Shown: piece after piece, positions 53,084-62,788 of the stretch
How positions within the stretch are numbered: the stretch's first letter is position 1
Layout: the number at the start of each line of letters is the position of its first letter
Source: Gammaproteobacteria bacterium
GTDB lineage: Bacteria > Pseudomonadota > Gammaproteobacteria > G965277405
Length of the DNA stretch: 64,000 bases
Reading direction: 5' to 3'
NCBI GenBank assembly: GCA_965277405.1
Contig: OZ255726.1
Coordinates: 1,952,001 to 2,016,000, forward strand
The notes under the pieces: model-generated
Database searches by the model: none
What the model was told of the DNA's origin: nothing
What the model saw: only the letters and a program-made list of their open reading frames with translations
Made by a program: the position numbers and the translations under genes

Positions 53084-53338
53084 ATGTCGCAACCTATATC
53101 TATCCGGCTTGACGATCAGAATCGAGAGAATATTGATCTATTAGCAAAAATGACAAAGCGTTCTCGCTCTTTTGTTATCAACGAAGCCGTTGCAACCTAT
53201 CTGAAAGATCGTATCCAATATCTTGAAGAATTGAATACAGCTGTTGCAGATGCTCAAAGCGGCTACGGTAACTCTAGTGAACAAATACACGCATGGATGA
53301 AGTCTTGGGGAACTGAAAACGAACTGCAAACACCATGA
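53084..53338 (+). CDS. CopG/ribbon-helix-helix antitoxin
   Basis: ISIRLD...LA..T.RSRS.VI.EAV..Y and C-terminal W..SWGT.NE. Confidence 0.85.
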   Translation: MSQPISIRLDDQNRENIDLLAKMTKRSRSFVINEAVATYLKDRIQYLEELNTAVADAQSGYGNSSEQIHAWMKSWGTENELQTP

Positions 53339-53366
53339 TCTAGGTTGTACCCATACAATATAATTC

Positions 53367-53672
53367 ATGCAAATCGTCTATACACGACAAGCAAAACAAG
53401 ATCTTCAAGAAATTCGTAAGTATTATTGTGAACGCACAGCATCTGGATTACAAAATATTGTGACTGACATTGTGAAGACTGTTGCAGATATTCCAAACTC
53501 AATATTCAAGGGTCGCACTACACCACACGCTAATGTATATGAGAAAATTAGTCCTAAATATAAATACTTAATTCCCTACTACGTGTTGCAACGCAAGATA
53601 TATATTCTGCGAGTATATGATCCGAGGCGAAGTCAACTTGACTATACAAAAACAGTGACCTTAGGAGAATAA
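53367..53672 (+). CDS. RelE/ParE-family toxin
   Basis: MQIVYT..A..DL.EI..Y ... GR ... YLI.Y....IYILRV; follows the RHH antitoxin. Confidence 0.85.
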   Translation: MQIVYTRQAKQDLQEIRKYYCERTASGLQNIVTDIVKTVADIPNSIFKGRTTPHANVYEKISPKYKYLIPYYVLQRKIYILRVYDPRRSQLDYTKTVTLGE

Positions 53673-53740
53673 AAAATTGAAGCTGGAACTATAAGAAGTT
53701 GGAACTATAAACAAATAAAATACTACAGTAAACAAAAAAA

Positions 53741-53814
53741 TGGAGGCTGAGGTCGGATTTGAACCGGCGTCCACGGATTTGCAGTCCGCTGCATAACCTC
53801 TCTGCCACTCAGCC
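53741..53814 (-). tRNA. tRNA-Cys(GCA)
   Basis: Reverse complement GGCTGAG...CTCAGCC TCCA; anticodon GCA. Confidence 0.94.
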
Positions 53815-53898
53815 TATTGGGAGAGAATAAAATATAGCGAAGCTGCACTATATTAAAAGGAATTTATTCGTTAATCATAGCTTCCATACGCGCAGCGG

Positions 53899-54816
53899 CT
53901 AGTTGTTCAACCAGCCAAGTTTCGCTCTGCAAGCGGCATAAAAGTCGTACTCAGGCGGGCGCAAAGTTTTTACAGTTGCTGCGCTTTGGTAAATTGTAAA
54001 GCGTTCAGCAACCGTGATTGTCGAGTGCATGAAACCATCAAATGCAATCTGTGCTGCTGGTCCAGAAACGTGTGCAAGGGTTATTTTGCTATACAATGGC
54101 ACGATTACGGCTCTATTCGACAACATTTGCGCTGCAATAGGAATCATCTGCAGACCACTGCTGTTTGGGTGCATGATTGCACCGCCAGCTGAAAGCGCAT
54201 ATGCAGTTGAGCCTGTGGTTGTGGCCACAATAAATCCATCTGCATGCATCGAGCACATCCATTGTCCATCTATATACACTTCAAACTCAATCAATCGCGC
54301 TGGTTTGCTGGTATGCAAAGTTATGTCATTGAGTGCTAGGGCTGGGGTGTTGGTAGCAGGACAATCAGCGCATAACAGTGGTAGGCTATCGCTGCTAAAG
54401 CGACCGTTGAGCCAATCAATAACGTGTTGTTCAAAGTCGTTAATAACTAAGTCTGCTAAAAATCCTAATCTGCCAAAATTGACACCGACAATCGGCAAGT
54501 CCAAATAGTGGTGCAATTTACAGGCATGGACAAAATTACCGTCACCGCCGATTGAAAACACAATATCTGGTAGTTGCTGCGTGCAACTGGCGGTTTCTTG
54601 ACGATGTGGTTGCGTCTGGGCGCCGTCTATCGATGCTACAATTGCGGGATCTGCGTTGAGCTGGAAAACATCTAACGCTATGTTTGGATGTTGCGCTGCG
54701 GTGAATTGGTCTATAACGACAGTGATGTTTTGTTGTTGCAATGTGGCAATAGCGCGCGCTAGTACTTGTGCAATGCCTGGGCGTTGGGTGAGTGAGAATA
54801 TGCTTGCTCGCGGCAT
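53899..54816 (-). CDS. nadK: NAD kinase
   Basis: GGDGN, GVNFGRLGFL, LND, DGFIVATTTGSTAYALSAGG. Confidence 0.93.
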   Translation of the reverse strand: MPRASIFSLTQRPGIAQVLARAIATLQQQNITVVIDQFTAAQHPNIALDVFQLNADPAIVASIDGAQTQPHRQETASCTQQLPDIVFSIGGDGNFVHACKLHHYLDLPIVGVNFGRLGFLADLVINDFEQHVIDWLNGRFSSDSLPLLCADCPATNTPALALNDITLHTSKPARLIEFEVYIDGQWMCSMHADGFIVATTTGSTAYALSAGGAIMHPNSSGLQMIPIAAQMLSNRAVIVPLYSKITLAHVSGPAAQIAFDGFMHSTITVAERFTIYQSAATVKTLRPPEYDFYAACRAKLGWLNN

Positions 54817-54817
54817 C

Positions 54818-56542
54818 TCACATTAGACCAGTAAATAGGCTGTCAATACCTTGTTTTAATTCAGCAACAGCAATCCGTTGTGCGTTTGATCTGTCACGTT
54901 TGGAGTAGTAAATAACACCATCTGCAAGGGTTTTGACCCCAACAGTAAAACGGTGAGGAATGCCTATTAAATCATGTTCATAGAATTTAACCCCAGGGCG
55001 TACGTCTCTATCATCAAGCAATACTTCAATACCACGTGCTTGCAGCAGTGCGTATACCTCCTCTGCCTTGGTTCGTACATCTTGGTTGCTGTCATAGCCA
55101 ATCGCTATAATTGTTGCTTGAAATGGAGCAATTGCCAGCGGCCAAATAATGCCATTGACATCTGAGCATTGTTCAATTGCGGCGGCGACAATTCTGGTAA
55201 TACCTATCCCATAACAACCCATTTGCATTGGTATATCTTCGCCATTTTCGCCGGTAACCATGGCCTGCATTTTTCGTGAATAGGTATCGCCTAATTGGAA
55301 TATATGCCCAACTTCAATCCCGCGCTTAATTTGTAAGACACCGTTGCCATCTGGACTTGGATCGCCAGCCACTGCCATGCGCAAATCAGCAATTTCTGAG
55401 TAGTGTGCATCACGTTGCCAGTTGACACCGCTACAATGGTAGCCTTCTACATTCGCGCCACACACAAAATCACTCAACTCAGCAGCGTTATTGTCGCAAA
55501 GCACAGGAATAGGCAGCTGGATTGGACCGATATATCCTTTGTGCAGCCCAAGATTGGCAATATCTGTATCGTTTGCCATTTGTAACGGCGCAGCAATTTT
55601 GGGATGATTTTCCAGCTTCACTGCATTAAAGCGTTGGTCACCACGCAAAATAACCGCTATAAATCTAAATTGCTCTGGGGTTGAGTTGGCGCTGTGAAAA
55701 ATCATTACTTTGACAGTTTGCTGAGCTGGAAGTTGCAAAAATTTCGCCACGGCATCAATTGTTGGGCAATTTGGTGTTGCGACTTTTGTGAGTGGTTGTT
55801 GCGCTGGTTGGGGGTGTATTGCCAGCGGCAGGGCGACCAACTCGACATTCGCTGCAAAGCTATTGTTATGTGAAAATGCTATGTCATCTTCACCTGAGTC
55901 TGCGAGCACATGAAATTCCTCAGAAGTATCACCGCCAATCGAACCAGAATCAGCCTTAACCGAGCAATAATTCAAGCCAATACGGCTAAAAATATTATGG
56001 TATGCTCGCGCGTAATCAGCGTATGTATGTTGCAAACTTTCCTTGCTGCTGTGAAAGCTATAACCGTCTTTCATCACAAATTCACGCGAGCGCATCACCC
56101 CAAACCGTGGGCGAATTTCGTCACGAAACTTGGTTTGGATTTGAAAAAAATTAAGCGGAAGTTGGCGGAAGCTTTTTATTTCGCCACGCAATACATCAGT
56201 TATGACTTCTTCATGGGTTGGTCCGATGCAAAACTCACGATTATGGCGGTCAGTAAGCCGCAATAATTCCAATCCATAGTCATGCCAACGCTGTGATTCC
56301 TTCCATAAATCAGCAGGTTGAATGCTTGGCATCATTATTTCTTGCGCACCGATTGCTATCAGCTCTTCGCGCACAATTGCTTCAATCTTGCGCATTACCC
56401 GCAAACCCAATGGCAGCCACGTATACATGCCAGATGCGAGTTTGCGAATAAGCCCCGCGCGCACCATCAGCTGATGGCTAATAACCTCAGCTTCAGCAGG
56501 TGTGTCGCGCAGGCAAGGAAAATACAGAGAGCTGGCTTTCAT
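54818..56542 (-). CDS. proS: Proline--tRNA ligase (bacterial type with editing domain)
   Basis: SHQLM.RAG, GPTHEE, FRDEIRPRFG, GIEVGHIFQLG, MGCYGIG. Confidence 0.98.
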   Translation of the reverse strand: MKASSLYFPCLRDTPAEAEVISHQLMVRAGLIRKLASGMYTWLPLGLRVMRKIEAIVREELIAIGAQEIMMPSIQPADLWKESQRWHDYGLELLRLTDRHNREFCIGPTHEEVITDVLRGEIKSFRQLPLNFFQIQTKFRDEIRPRFGVMRSREFVMKDGYSFHSSKESLQHTYADYARAYHNIFSRIGLNYCSVKADSGSIGGDTSEEFHVLADSGEDDIAFSHNNSFAANVELVALPLAIHPQPAQQPLTKVATPNCPTIDAVAKFLQLPAQQTVKVMIFHSANSTPEQFRFIAVILRGDQRFNAVKLENHPKIAAPLQMANDTDIANLGLHKGYIGPIQLPIPVLCDNNAAELSDFVCGANVEGYHCSGVNWQRDAHYSEIADLRMAVAGDPSPDGNGVLQIKRGIEVGHIFQLGDTYSRKMQAMVTGENGEDIPMQMGCYGIGITRIVAAAIEQCSDVNGIIWPLAIAPFQATIIAIGYDSNQDVRTKAEEVYALLQARGIEVLLDDRDVRPGVKFYEHDLIGIPHRFTVGVKTLADGVIYYSKRDRSNAQRIAVAELKQGIDSLFTGLM

Positions 56543-56547
56543 CGATG

Positions 56548-56862
56548 TTATTTGATTAAATGGCGAAGATTTGTGAGATGTGCTTTGGGTTTTTCAGCTT
56601 GGCGATACAATACAGCAACTTTGCCGATGCTGTGTACAAGTTGCGCAGCGTGGCTAACGACCAGCTCGTCAATTTTTTTTCGGCGCAAAACACGATCACT
56701 GATATTTATTTTCACTTTAATAACTTCATAGTTGTGCAACGCGACCTCAATTGCATCAGCAATATTTGTTGCAGACGAAGCATCAGTTACAATAACAATA
56801 GGCTTGAGTAGGTGATTGAGTGTTCTTAATTTCTTGATGCTAATGTGTGCTGACATCGTCAT
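56548..56862 (-). CDS. yhbY: YhbY/CRM RNA-binding protein (divergent)
   Basis: H.LKP.V.V, AL..YE.IKVKI, IGKVAVLYR. Confidence 0.8.
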   Translation of the reverse strand: MTMSAHISIKKLRTLNHLLKPIVIVTDASSATNIADAIEVALHNYEVIKVKINISDRVLRRKKIDELVVSHAAQLVHSIGKVAVLYRQAEKPKAHLTNLRHLIK

Positions 56863-56894
56863 TTTAAGGTTAAGGTTTGGAAAGGTATTATTTA

Positions 56895-57620
56895 GTGAAT
56901 ACTATAATTATTGGCGTGCTGTTGCTATTCTTGTTAGGTGGATGTGCGTATACTGCTACCGACACAACGCCACAGCATGATACGCCAGCAATCAACGCAC
57001 AACATAGCAGAGAAAAGTATCGGCGTATTGAAGAAAATGCCACAATTCAACCAATCACCAAGCAATTTTCTAATATTTCTACAACAAAAAATATACCAAG
57101 GATTGCTACGCTACCAACTGAAAAAAAATATTTGCGCTTGATTGTTGATGTTGCCACACAACAATTGCTGGTAAAATACCACGGTGTTTTGTTACAGCAA
57201 TATGATATTTCGACTGCCAAAAATGGCATTGGCAACGCCATAAACTCGCTGCAAACACCAATTGGAAAACATATTATTCGTAAGAAAATTGGCACTGGAC
57301 TAGCAGCGCAAACAATTTTAAAGGGTAGGGTGAATACTCAACAAATTGCAGAAATCATTAGCGAGCCAGTTGCTGTCGGCAAAGATTTAGTCACAAGTCG
57401 TATTTTGTGGCTAGCTGGGCTTGAAGATGGCGTGAACAAAGGTAGGGACGCACACGGACAAATTGTTGATTCGTATCAACGATATATATATATTCACGGC
57501 ACCAATGAAGAAGGCTTGATTGGCAGCCCAGCGTCGAACGGCTGTGTACGGATGCGCAACGAAGATGTAATCCAGCTGTATACCATGGTTGCTGAAGGCA
57601 CCGAAGTTGTCATTCGATAA
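56895..57620 (+). CDS. L,D-transpeptidase family lipoprotein
   Basis: Lipobox LGGC; ISTAKNG, TP.G.H, YIYIHGT...SNGCVRM. Confidence 0.88.
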   Translation: MNTIIIGVLLLFLLGGCAYTATDTTPQHDTPAINAQHSREKYRRIEENATIQPITKQFSNISTTKNIPRIATLPTEKKYLRLIVDVATQQLLVKYHGVLLQQYDISTAKNGIGNAINSLQTPIGKHIIRKKIGTGLAAQTILKGRVNTQQIAEIISEPVAVGKDLVTSRILWLAGLEDGVNKGRDAHGQIVDSYQRYIYIHGTNEEGLIGSPASNGCVRMRNEDVIQLYTMVAEGTEVVIR

Positions 57621-58326
57621 TGTCTTGGCAATTGATGCGACAACCGCTGTTGTCAGCGTTGGTCTGTTCCATCAGCAACAGATATGCTATCGAGAAAATG
57701 ACAACAAGCTTGCCGGCAGAGCACTATTACCAATGGTCGATGCAGTTTGTCGTGAGGCGAAAATAGCAAAAACTGATATTACTGCAATCGCCTGCAATAT
57801 TGGACCTGGTAAGTTTGTTGGGCTGCGGCTCGGGTTTGCAGTAGCAGCTGGGATTGCAATTGGGCTTGGTATTCCGATTATCTCAATGTCTGGGCTGGTG
57901 GCACGATGCTGGCAAGCTTGGCAACAATACCAGAACTACCACAGCATCTATACTGTTGAGGATGCGCGCCAAGGTCAACTGTACATATATCATTCATTGA
58001 GCATGCAACAAACAATCTCAGACATGCAATCGATTGCAACCACCACCAATGCCTTTGCCGCACAACTCAAACTGCAGGCGACATTGCCTATCACCGCCAC
58101 ACAGCCAACACTAGCATTGGGTGAGATATTGGCAGATAGCAGCGTGATTGATCACAGCAATATTGGTGCAACATTGCAGCTAGTATCTAGCTTTGATACC
58201 CCACTGTGTTGTGCACTGCTACAGGCTGCCCAAGGCGCGATGCTGACGCGGCTTCACCCTAGCCAAATACGGCTGATGTACAAACGCAATAACGTAGCGC
58301 AACCGCAACAACTAATGCAGAGATAA
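57607..58326 (+). CDS. tsaB: tRNA threonylcarbamoyladenosine biosynthesis protein TsaB (divergent; start uncertain)
   Basis: LAIDAT, LLPMVD, GPGKFVGLRLG, DARQGQLY. Confidence 0.82.
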   Translation: MSFDNVLAIDATTAVVSVGLFHQQQICYRENDNKLAGRALLPMVDAVCREAKIAKTDITAIACNIGPGKFVGLRLGFAVAAGIAIGLGIPIISMSGLVARCWQAWQQYQNYHSIYTVEDARQGQLYIYHSLSMQQTISDMQSIATTTNAFAAQLKLQATLPITATQPTLALGEILADSSVIDHSNIGATLQLVSSFDTPLCCALLQAAQGAMLTRLHPSQIRLMYKRNNVAQPQQLMQR

Positions 58327-58357
58327 CCACCCATACCCCCCATAACACGCCTGCCAA

Positions 58358-58393
58358 CAAACTCGCTGCAGCAGCGAGTTAAGCAGCGGTTCG
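58358..58393. mobile_element. MITE terminus relic (hairpin plus TIR) between the convergent tsaB and radC genes
   Basis: CAAACTCGCTGCAGCAGCGAGTTAAGCAGCGGTTCG matches 7049-7084 with few mismatches. Confidence 0.75.
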
Positions 58394-59077
58394 CTACGGC
58401 TGCACATCACCGTGCATTACCATTGAGTAGCAGTGGTTGCTGCCGACAATAATATGATCGAGTACTTTGGCATCGACGAGGGCGCAGGCTTTGATGATGG
58501 TGTTGGTGATGGCGATGTCTGCATTGCTTGGTTTGGTATCACCTGAAGGGTGGTTGTGGGCTAAGATAATATTGCTGGCATCAAGTTCAAGGAGGCGGCG
58601 GATGATGATGCGCGGGTATACTGCAGATTGGTTGATTGTTCCATAAAACATCCGTTCGCTGCGAATCAGTTGGTTTTTTGTATCGAGGAACATTGTCAAA
58701 AACGTTTCCTTGGCTTTGTTGCTGAGTTCGAGCTGTAAGTAGTCAAACGCGTGTTGTGTTTGGGTGATTTGGATTGGCTGCTGATGGAGGTGTTCGCGGA
58801 TTTGGCGTTTGACGAGCTCTTTGCATGCTTGGAGGGTGATATAGCTGACACTGCCGACACCATGCAGCGTACAAAATTCGCGTTGGGTTGCCGCAAATAC
58901 ATTATGCAGGCTACCAAAGTGGCTGAGCATATTTTGGGCAATGTCGAGTGCATTGGCGTGTTGCGTACCAGTGCGCAGGCAAATTGCTAATAGTTCGGCA
59001 TTCGACAGATGGGTTGCGCCAAGACGTTGCAGTCGTTCGCGTGGTCGCTGTTCTGCGACTATATGCTTAAGTTTCAT
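58394..59077 (-). CDS. radC: RadC/UPF0758 (JAB domain) protein
   Basis: RPRERL, LS.AELLAI.L.TG, HNHPSG...PS.AD, LDHIIV. Confidence 0.95.
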   Translation of the reverse strand: MKLKHIVAEQRPRERLQRLGATHLSNAELLAICLRTGTQHANALDIAQNMLSHFGSLHNVFAATQREFCTLHGVGSVSYITLQACKELVKRQIREHLHQQPIQITQTQHAFDYLQLELSNKAKETFLTMFLDTKNQLIRSERMFYGTINQSAVYPRIIIRRLLELDASNIILAHNHPSGDTKPSNADIAITNTIIKACALVDAKVLDHIIVGSNHCYSMVMHGDVQP

Positions 59078-60722
59078 GCGCGCGGCGAATCATTTCGCGC
59101 GCGTGAGACAGTGATTGTTCGGTCACGGTTGTCCCGCCAACCATTCGGGCAATTTCCTGGATGCGTTCTGCATTTTTGAGCAGCTTGAGTTTGCTGAAGG
59201 TCGCTTGATTGATCGATGTTTTGCTGGCCTGCCAGTGGTGGTGTGCCAGTGCTGCAACTTGCGGCTGGTGGGTAACACATATTACTTGTCCTTTTGCTCC
59301 GAGTTGTCGCAATAACGTCCCAACCACTTCTGCTGTTGAGCCGCCGATGCCGACATCGACTTCGTCAAAGATCAAACTTGGAATATCAATCAGATTGGCT
59401 TGAACCACTTGGATAATTAAGCTCAATCGTGACAATTCTCCGCCAGAGGCGATTTTTCGTAATGGCTTTGCTGGCTGCCCTAGATTGGTAATAACGGTAA
59501 ATTCGATGCGTTCAAGACCATAGCTGCTTGGTTCATCTGCATTTAAGTCAACGATAAATTTGCCACCATGAAACGACAATTGTTCCATCATTTGGCTAAT
59601 ATGTGACTCGAATAATGCTTTTTTTGTGTGGCGTTTTGCCGATAATTCCCCAGCTACGGTCTGCCATTGTTGTTTGAGTTCGGCGAGGGTTTGTTCGAGC
59701 TTGGCAAGGTCGACAGATTCATCAATAGCTGCTAAATCTTCTTGGAGTTGTTGGTATATTGTGTCTAGTTTTTCTGGCTGGGCATTGTGTTTGCGGGCGA
59801 TTGAAGTGTAGGCAGTTACGCGTGCTTGGAGGCTGGCAAATTCCGCTGCGTCAAACTCTAGCGAGCTTTGAAAGAAGTCAAGCCAGCGTTGTGCTTCTTC
59901 GAGGTTGATGATTCCAGATTGCAGAAATTCATTGAGTTCAACGAATGTTTCTTCAGATTCGAGTGTTTTTGTTGATTGTACCAGCAGTTGCCGCGCGCCA
60001 TGTTCTTCGTCAAACAATGATTGTTGCACCATGTTACTGGTCGACTGAATCGCTTCGATGTTTGCCATCAGCCGAAAACGCTGTTCAGACTGATAATATT
60101 CCTCGGCGTTAGGCGCGAGTTTGTTGAGCTCATCAATTTGAAACCGTAAGTCTTCACGGCGTTCGCTAAGTTTACCTGCATCTTGGCGTTGTTGTTGCAG
60201 TTGATCTGCAAGTTTATGGATTTGTAACCACAGCATTTGAGTTTGTTCAGCCTGCTGCGTGGCGCCAACAAAGCGGTCGAATAGCTGAGCTTGGGTGCTG
60301 GGGCGCAGCAGTGATTGGAATTCATGTTGGTTGTGCAAATCAACCAACCATTGACCAAGTTGTTTCAGCGCCGCTGCGCCTACCAGTTGACCATTGATGT
60401 AGGCGCGTGATTGACCACCTGCATTGATAACACGCCGCAGCAAGCATTCGTGCGGATTTTCTTCAGCCAAGTCGTTGTCGGCAAGCCATGCCTGTGCCTG
60501 TGGGGCTTGCTCTAAGGCAAAGGCGGCGCTGATAACACATTGATTGCTACCCATCCGCACGCAGCTTGGGCTGGCACGTTCGCCAAGAACCAGGCTGAGG
60601 GCATCCAATATCATCGATTTTCCAGCGCCAGTTTCACCCGTAATCGCAGACATACCGCCAAACCATTCAACGTCTAAATGTTCGACAAGTTCAAATTGAC
60701 GGATGCAGAGTTGCTTGAGCAT
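59067..60722 (-). CDS. recN: DNA repair protein RecN
   Basis: ITGETGAGKS, ASGGELSR, IFDEVDVGIGG, VTHQPQVAA. Confidence 0.97.
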   Translation of the reverse strand: MLKQLCIRQFELVEHLDVEWFGGMSAITGETGAGKSMILDALSLVLGERASPSCVRMGSNQCVISAAFALEQAPQAQAWLADNDLAEENPHECLLRRVINAGGQSRAYINGQLVGAAALKQLGQWLVDLHNQHEFQSLLRPSTQAQLFDRFVGATQQAEQTQMLWLQIHKLADQLQQQRQDAGKLSERREDLRFQIDELNKLAPNAEEYYQSEQRFRLMANIEAIQSTSNMVQQSLFDEEHGARQLLVQSTKTLESEETFVELNEFLQSGIINLEEAQRWLDFFQSSLEFDAAEFASLQARVTAYTSIARKHNAQPEKLDTIYQQLQEDLAAIDESVDLAKLEQTLAELKQQWQTVAGELSAKRHTKKALFESHISQMMEQLSFHGGKFIVDLNADEPSSYGLERIEFTVITNLGQPAKPLRKIASGGELSRLSLIIQVVQANLIDIPSLIFDEVDVGIGGSTAEVVGTLLRQLGAKGQVICVTHQPQVAALAHHHWQASKTSINQATFSKLKLLKNAERIQEIARMVGGTTVTEQSLSHAREMIRRAHET

Positions 60723-60725
60723 GGC

Positions 60726-62708
60726 TTATGGCTGCATTAATTTTTTTGCCTGTGCAACAATCTGCGCAGCGGTTAAGCCAAAATGGCTATACAGGTCGTT
60801 GATTGGCGCAGATTCGCCAAATGTACTAATACCAAGTGATACGCCGTTGCCAACATACTTGCGTAATCCGTCAGGGTGTCCGGCTTCGATGGCAATTATC
60901 GGTAGCTTACCCAGCACTTGTTGTTGATATTGTGTTGATTGTCTGTCGAATACTGATGTCGATGGCATGGAAACCACCCGTGCTGCGATATTTTGTTCGC
61001 GCAATAATTGCTGTGCTTGGCAGCAGATTTCAACTTCGCTGCCACTGGCAAGCAGCGTGACTTTGGCGTTATCCATATCATTGAGCAGATAGCCGCCTGT
61101 ATGGATATCGTGGTGGAATTGCTGGGTGACAGATTCGAGTCCTTGTCGGGTCAGGCATAGTACGCTTGGACCATCAGCGTGGGCAATTGCTTGTTGCCAA
61201 GCCACAGCTGTTTCGGCAGCGTCGGCTGGGCGCCATAGCGTCAAGTTTGGTATCAGTCGCAATGAGGCAAGGTGTTCGATTGGTTGGTGGGTCGGGCCGT
61301 CTTCACCAAGACCAATCGAATCGTGGGTAAATACATAGATGATGCGCTGGTGCATCAATGCAGACATGCGAATAGCGTTGCGACAGTAATCGCTAAACAC
61401 TAAAAAAGTGCCGACATATGGAATGAATCCACCATGCAGCGCGATGCCGTTAGCAATTGCCGCCATGCCAAATTCCCGAACACCATATGATAAGTGGTTT
61501 CCTATTTGTTGGCCTGTATGGGCAATGCAGCCAGTAAAGTTTGTCAAGTTTGACCCAGTTAGATCTGCGCTGCCTCCGAATAATTCTGGCATTGTTGGCG
61601 CATACGCGCTCAACGCTAATTGGCTGGCTTTTCTGGTGGCAATTTTTTGTGTGCCGCTGCGCGCTTGGTTGATGTATGCCGTTGCGACGGTGGAGAAATC
61701 AGGCGGTAACACACCTGCAACCCGGCGCAGTAATTCTGCTGCTTGGGCTGGTGCAGCCTGGCTATACGCAGCGAATGTTTGTTGCCAGTCTGCTTCTAGT
61801 ATTGCTCCGTTGTTGGACATATCCCATGCAGATTTGATTGCTGCTGGAATTGCAAATGGTGGATGCGGCCAGTTGAGTGTTGCTCGCGTCGCTTGCAGCT
61901 CTGCGGCACCCAGCGGTGCTCCATGGACCCCACCGCTGCCTTGCTTGTTTGGGGCACCTTTGCCAATGATAGTCTTGCAACAAATCAGCGTTGCTGCATT
62001 CGCGGTTTTGGCTTGGCGAAGAGCAGCATCGATTTGTGCTGGATTATGTCCGTCTATGTTGTCAATGACATTCCAATGATAGGCGCGAAAGCGCGCAGCA
62101 GTATCGTCGTTAAACCACGGCGCCACAGCACCGTCTATCGAAATGCCGTTATCGTCGTAAATTACAATCAATTTATTGAGCTGCAACACCCCTGCGAGCG
62201 AGCAAACTTCGTGGCTTATCCCTTCCATTAAACAGCCATCGCCAATGAATGCATAGGTGTGGTGGTCGATGATGGTATGCGTATCTGTGTTATACGTTGC
62301 TGCAAGGATTTTTTCCGCCAGTGCCATGCCAACTGCATTGGCAAGCCCTTGTCCAAGTGGGCCTGTGGTGGTTTCTATCCCAGGCGTTAAACCGAGTTCA
62401 GGATGGCCAGGAGTTTTGCTATGTAACTGGCGAAATTGCTTGATGTCTTCAATGGATATGTCGTAGCCAGTTAAGTGCAATAGGGCATACACCAACATGG
62501 AACCATGTCCATTTGAGAGCACAAAACGATCACGATTCAACCAGTTTGGGTTGTTGGGGTTGTGGCGTAAATGTTTAGTCCAGAGCACGGTAGCAATGTC
62601 AGCCATGCCCATTGGCGCGCCAGGATGACCAGATTTTGCTAGCTCTACTGCGTCGGCTGACAGCATGCGGATTGCGTTTGCCATTTGCTGTTCAGAAGGG
62701 TTCTTCAT
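60726..62708 (-). CDS. tkt: Transketolase
   Basis: SGHPGAPMG, GDGCLMEG, GVREFGM, THDSIGLGEDGPTHQP. Confidence 0.98.
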   Translation of the reverse strand: MKNPSEQQMANAIRMLSADAVELAKSGHPGAPMGMADIATVLWTKHLRHNPNNPNWLNRDRFVLSNGHGSMLVYALLHLTGYDISIEDIKQFRQLHSKTPGHPELGLTPGIETTTGPLGQGLANAVGMALAEKILAATYNTDTHTIIDHHTYAFIGDGCLMEGISHEVCSLAGVLQLNKLIVIYDDNGISIDGAVAPWFNDDTAARFRAYHWNVIDNIDGHNPAQIDAALRQAKTANAATLICCKTIIGKGAPNKQGSGGVHGAPLGAAELQATRATLNWPHPPFAIPAAIKSAWDMSNNGAILEADWQQTFAAYSQAAPAQAAELLRRVAGVLPPDFSTVATAYINQARSGTQKIATRKASQLALSAYAPTMPELFGGSADLTGSNLTNFTGCIAHTGQQIGNHLSYGVREFGMAAIANGIALHGGFIPYVGTFLVFSDYCRNAIRMSALMHQRIIYVFTHDSIGLGEDGPTHQPIEHLASLRLIPNLTLWRPADAAETAVAWQQAIAHADGPSVLCLTRQGLESVTQQFHHDIHTGGYLLNDMDNAKVTLLASGSEVEICCQAQQLLREQNIAARVVSMPSTSVFDRQSTQYQQQVLGKLPIIAIEAGHPDGLRKYVGNGVSLGISTFGESAPINDLYSHFGLTAAQIVAQAKKLMQP

Positions 62709-62788
62709 ACAATAATTCCGTGCAAAATTGGCATGATACGGTTTTCAGATAAAAAATGGCAGCCCTGCGCTGCATTCAATCACTACCT

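Noticed and set aside
52715-53700. Integron cassette or attC site around the TA pair
   Set aside because: No convincing RYYYAAC...GTTRRRY paired structure and no integrase.
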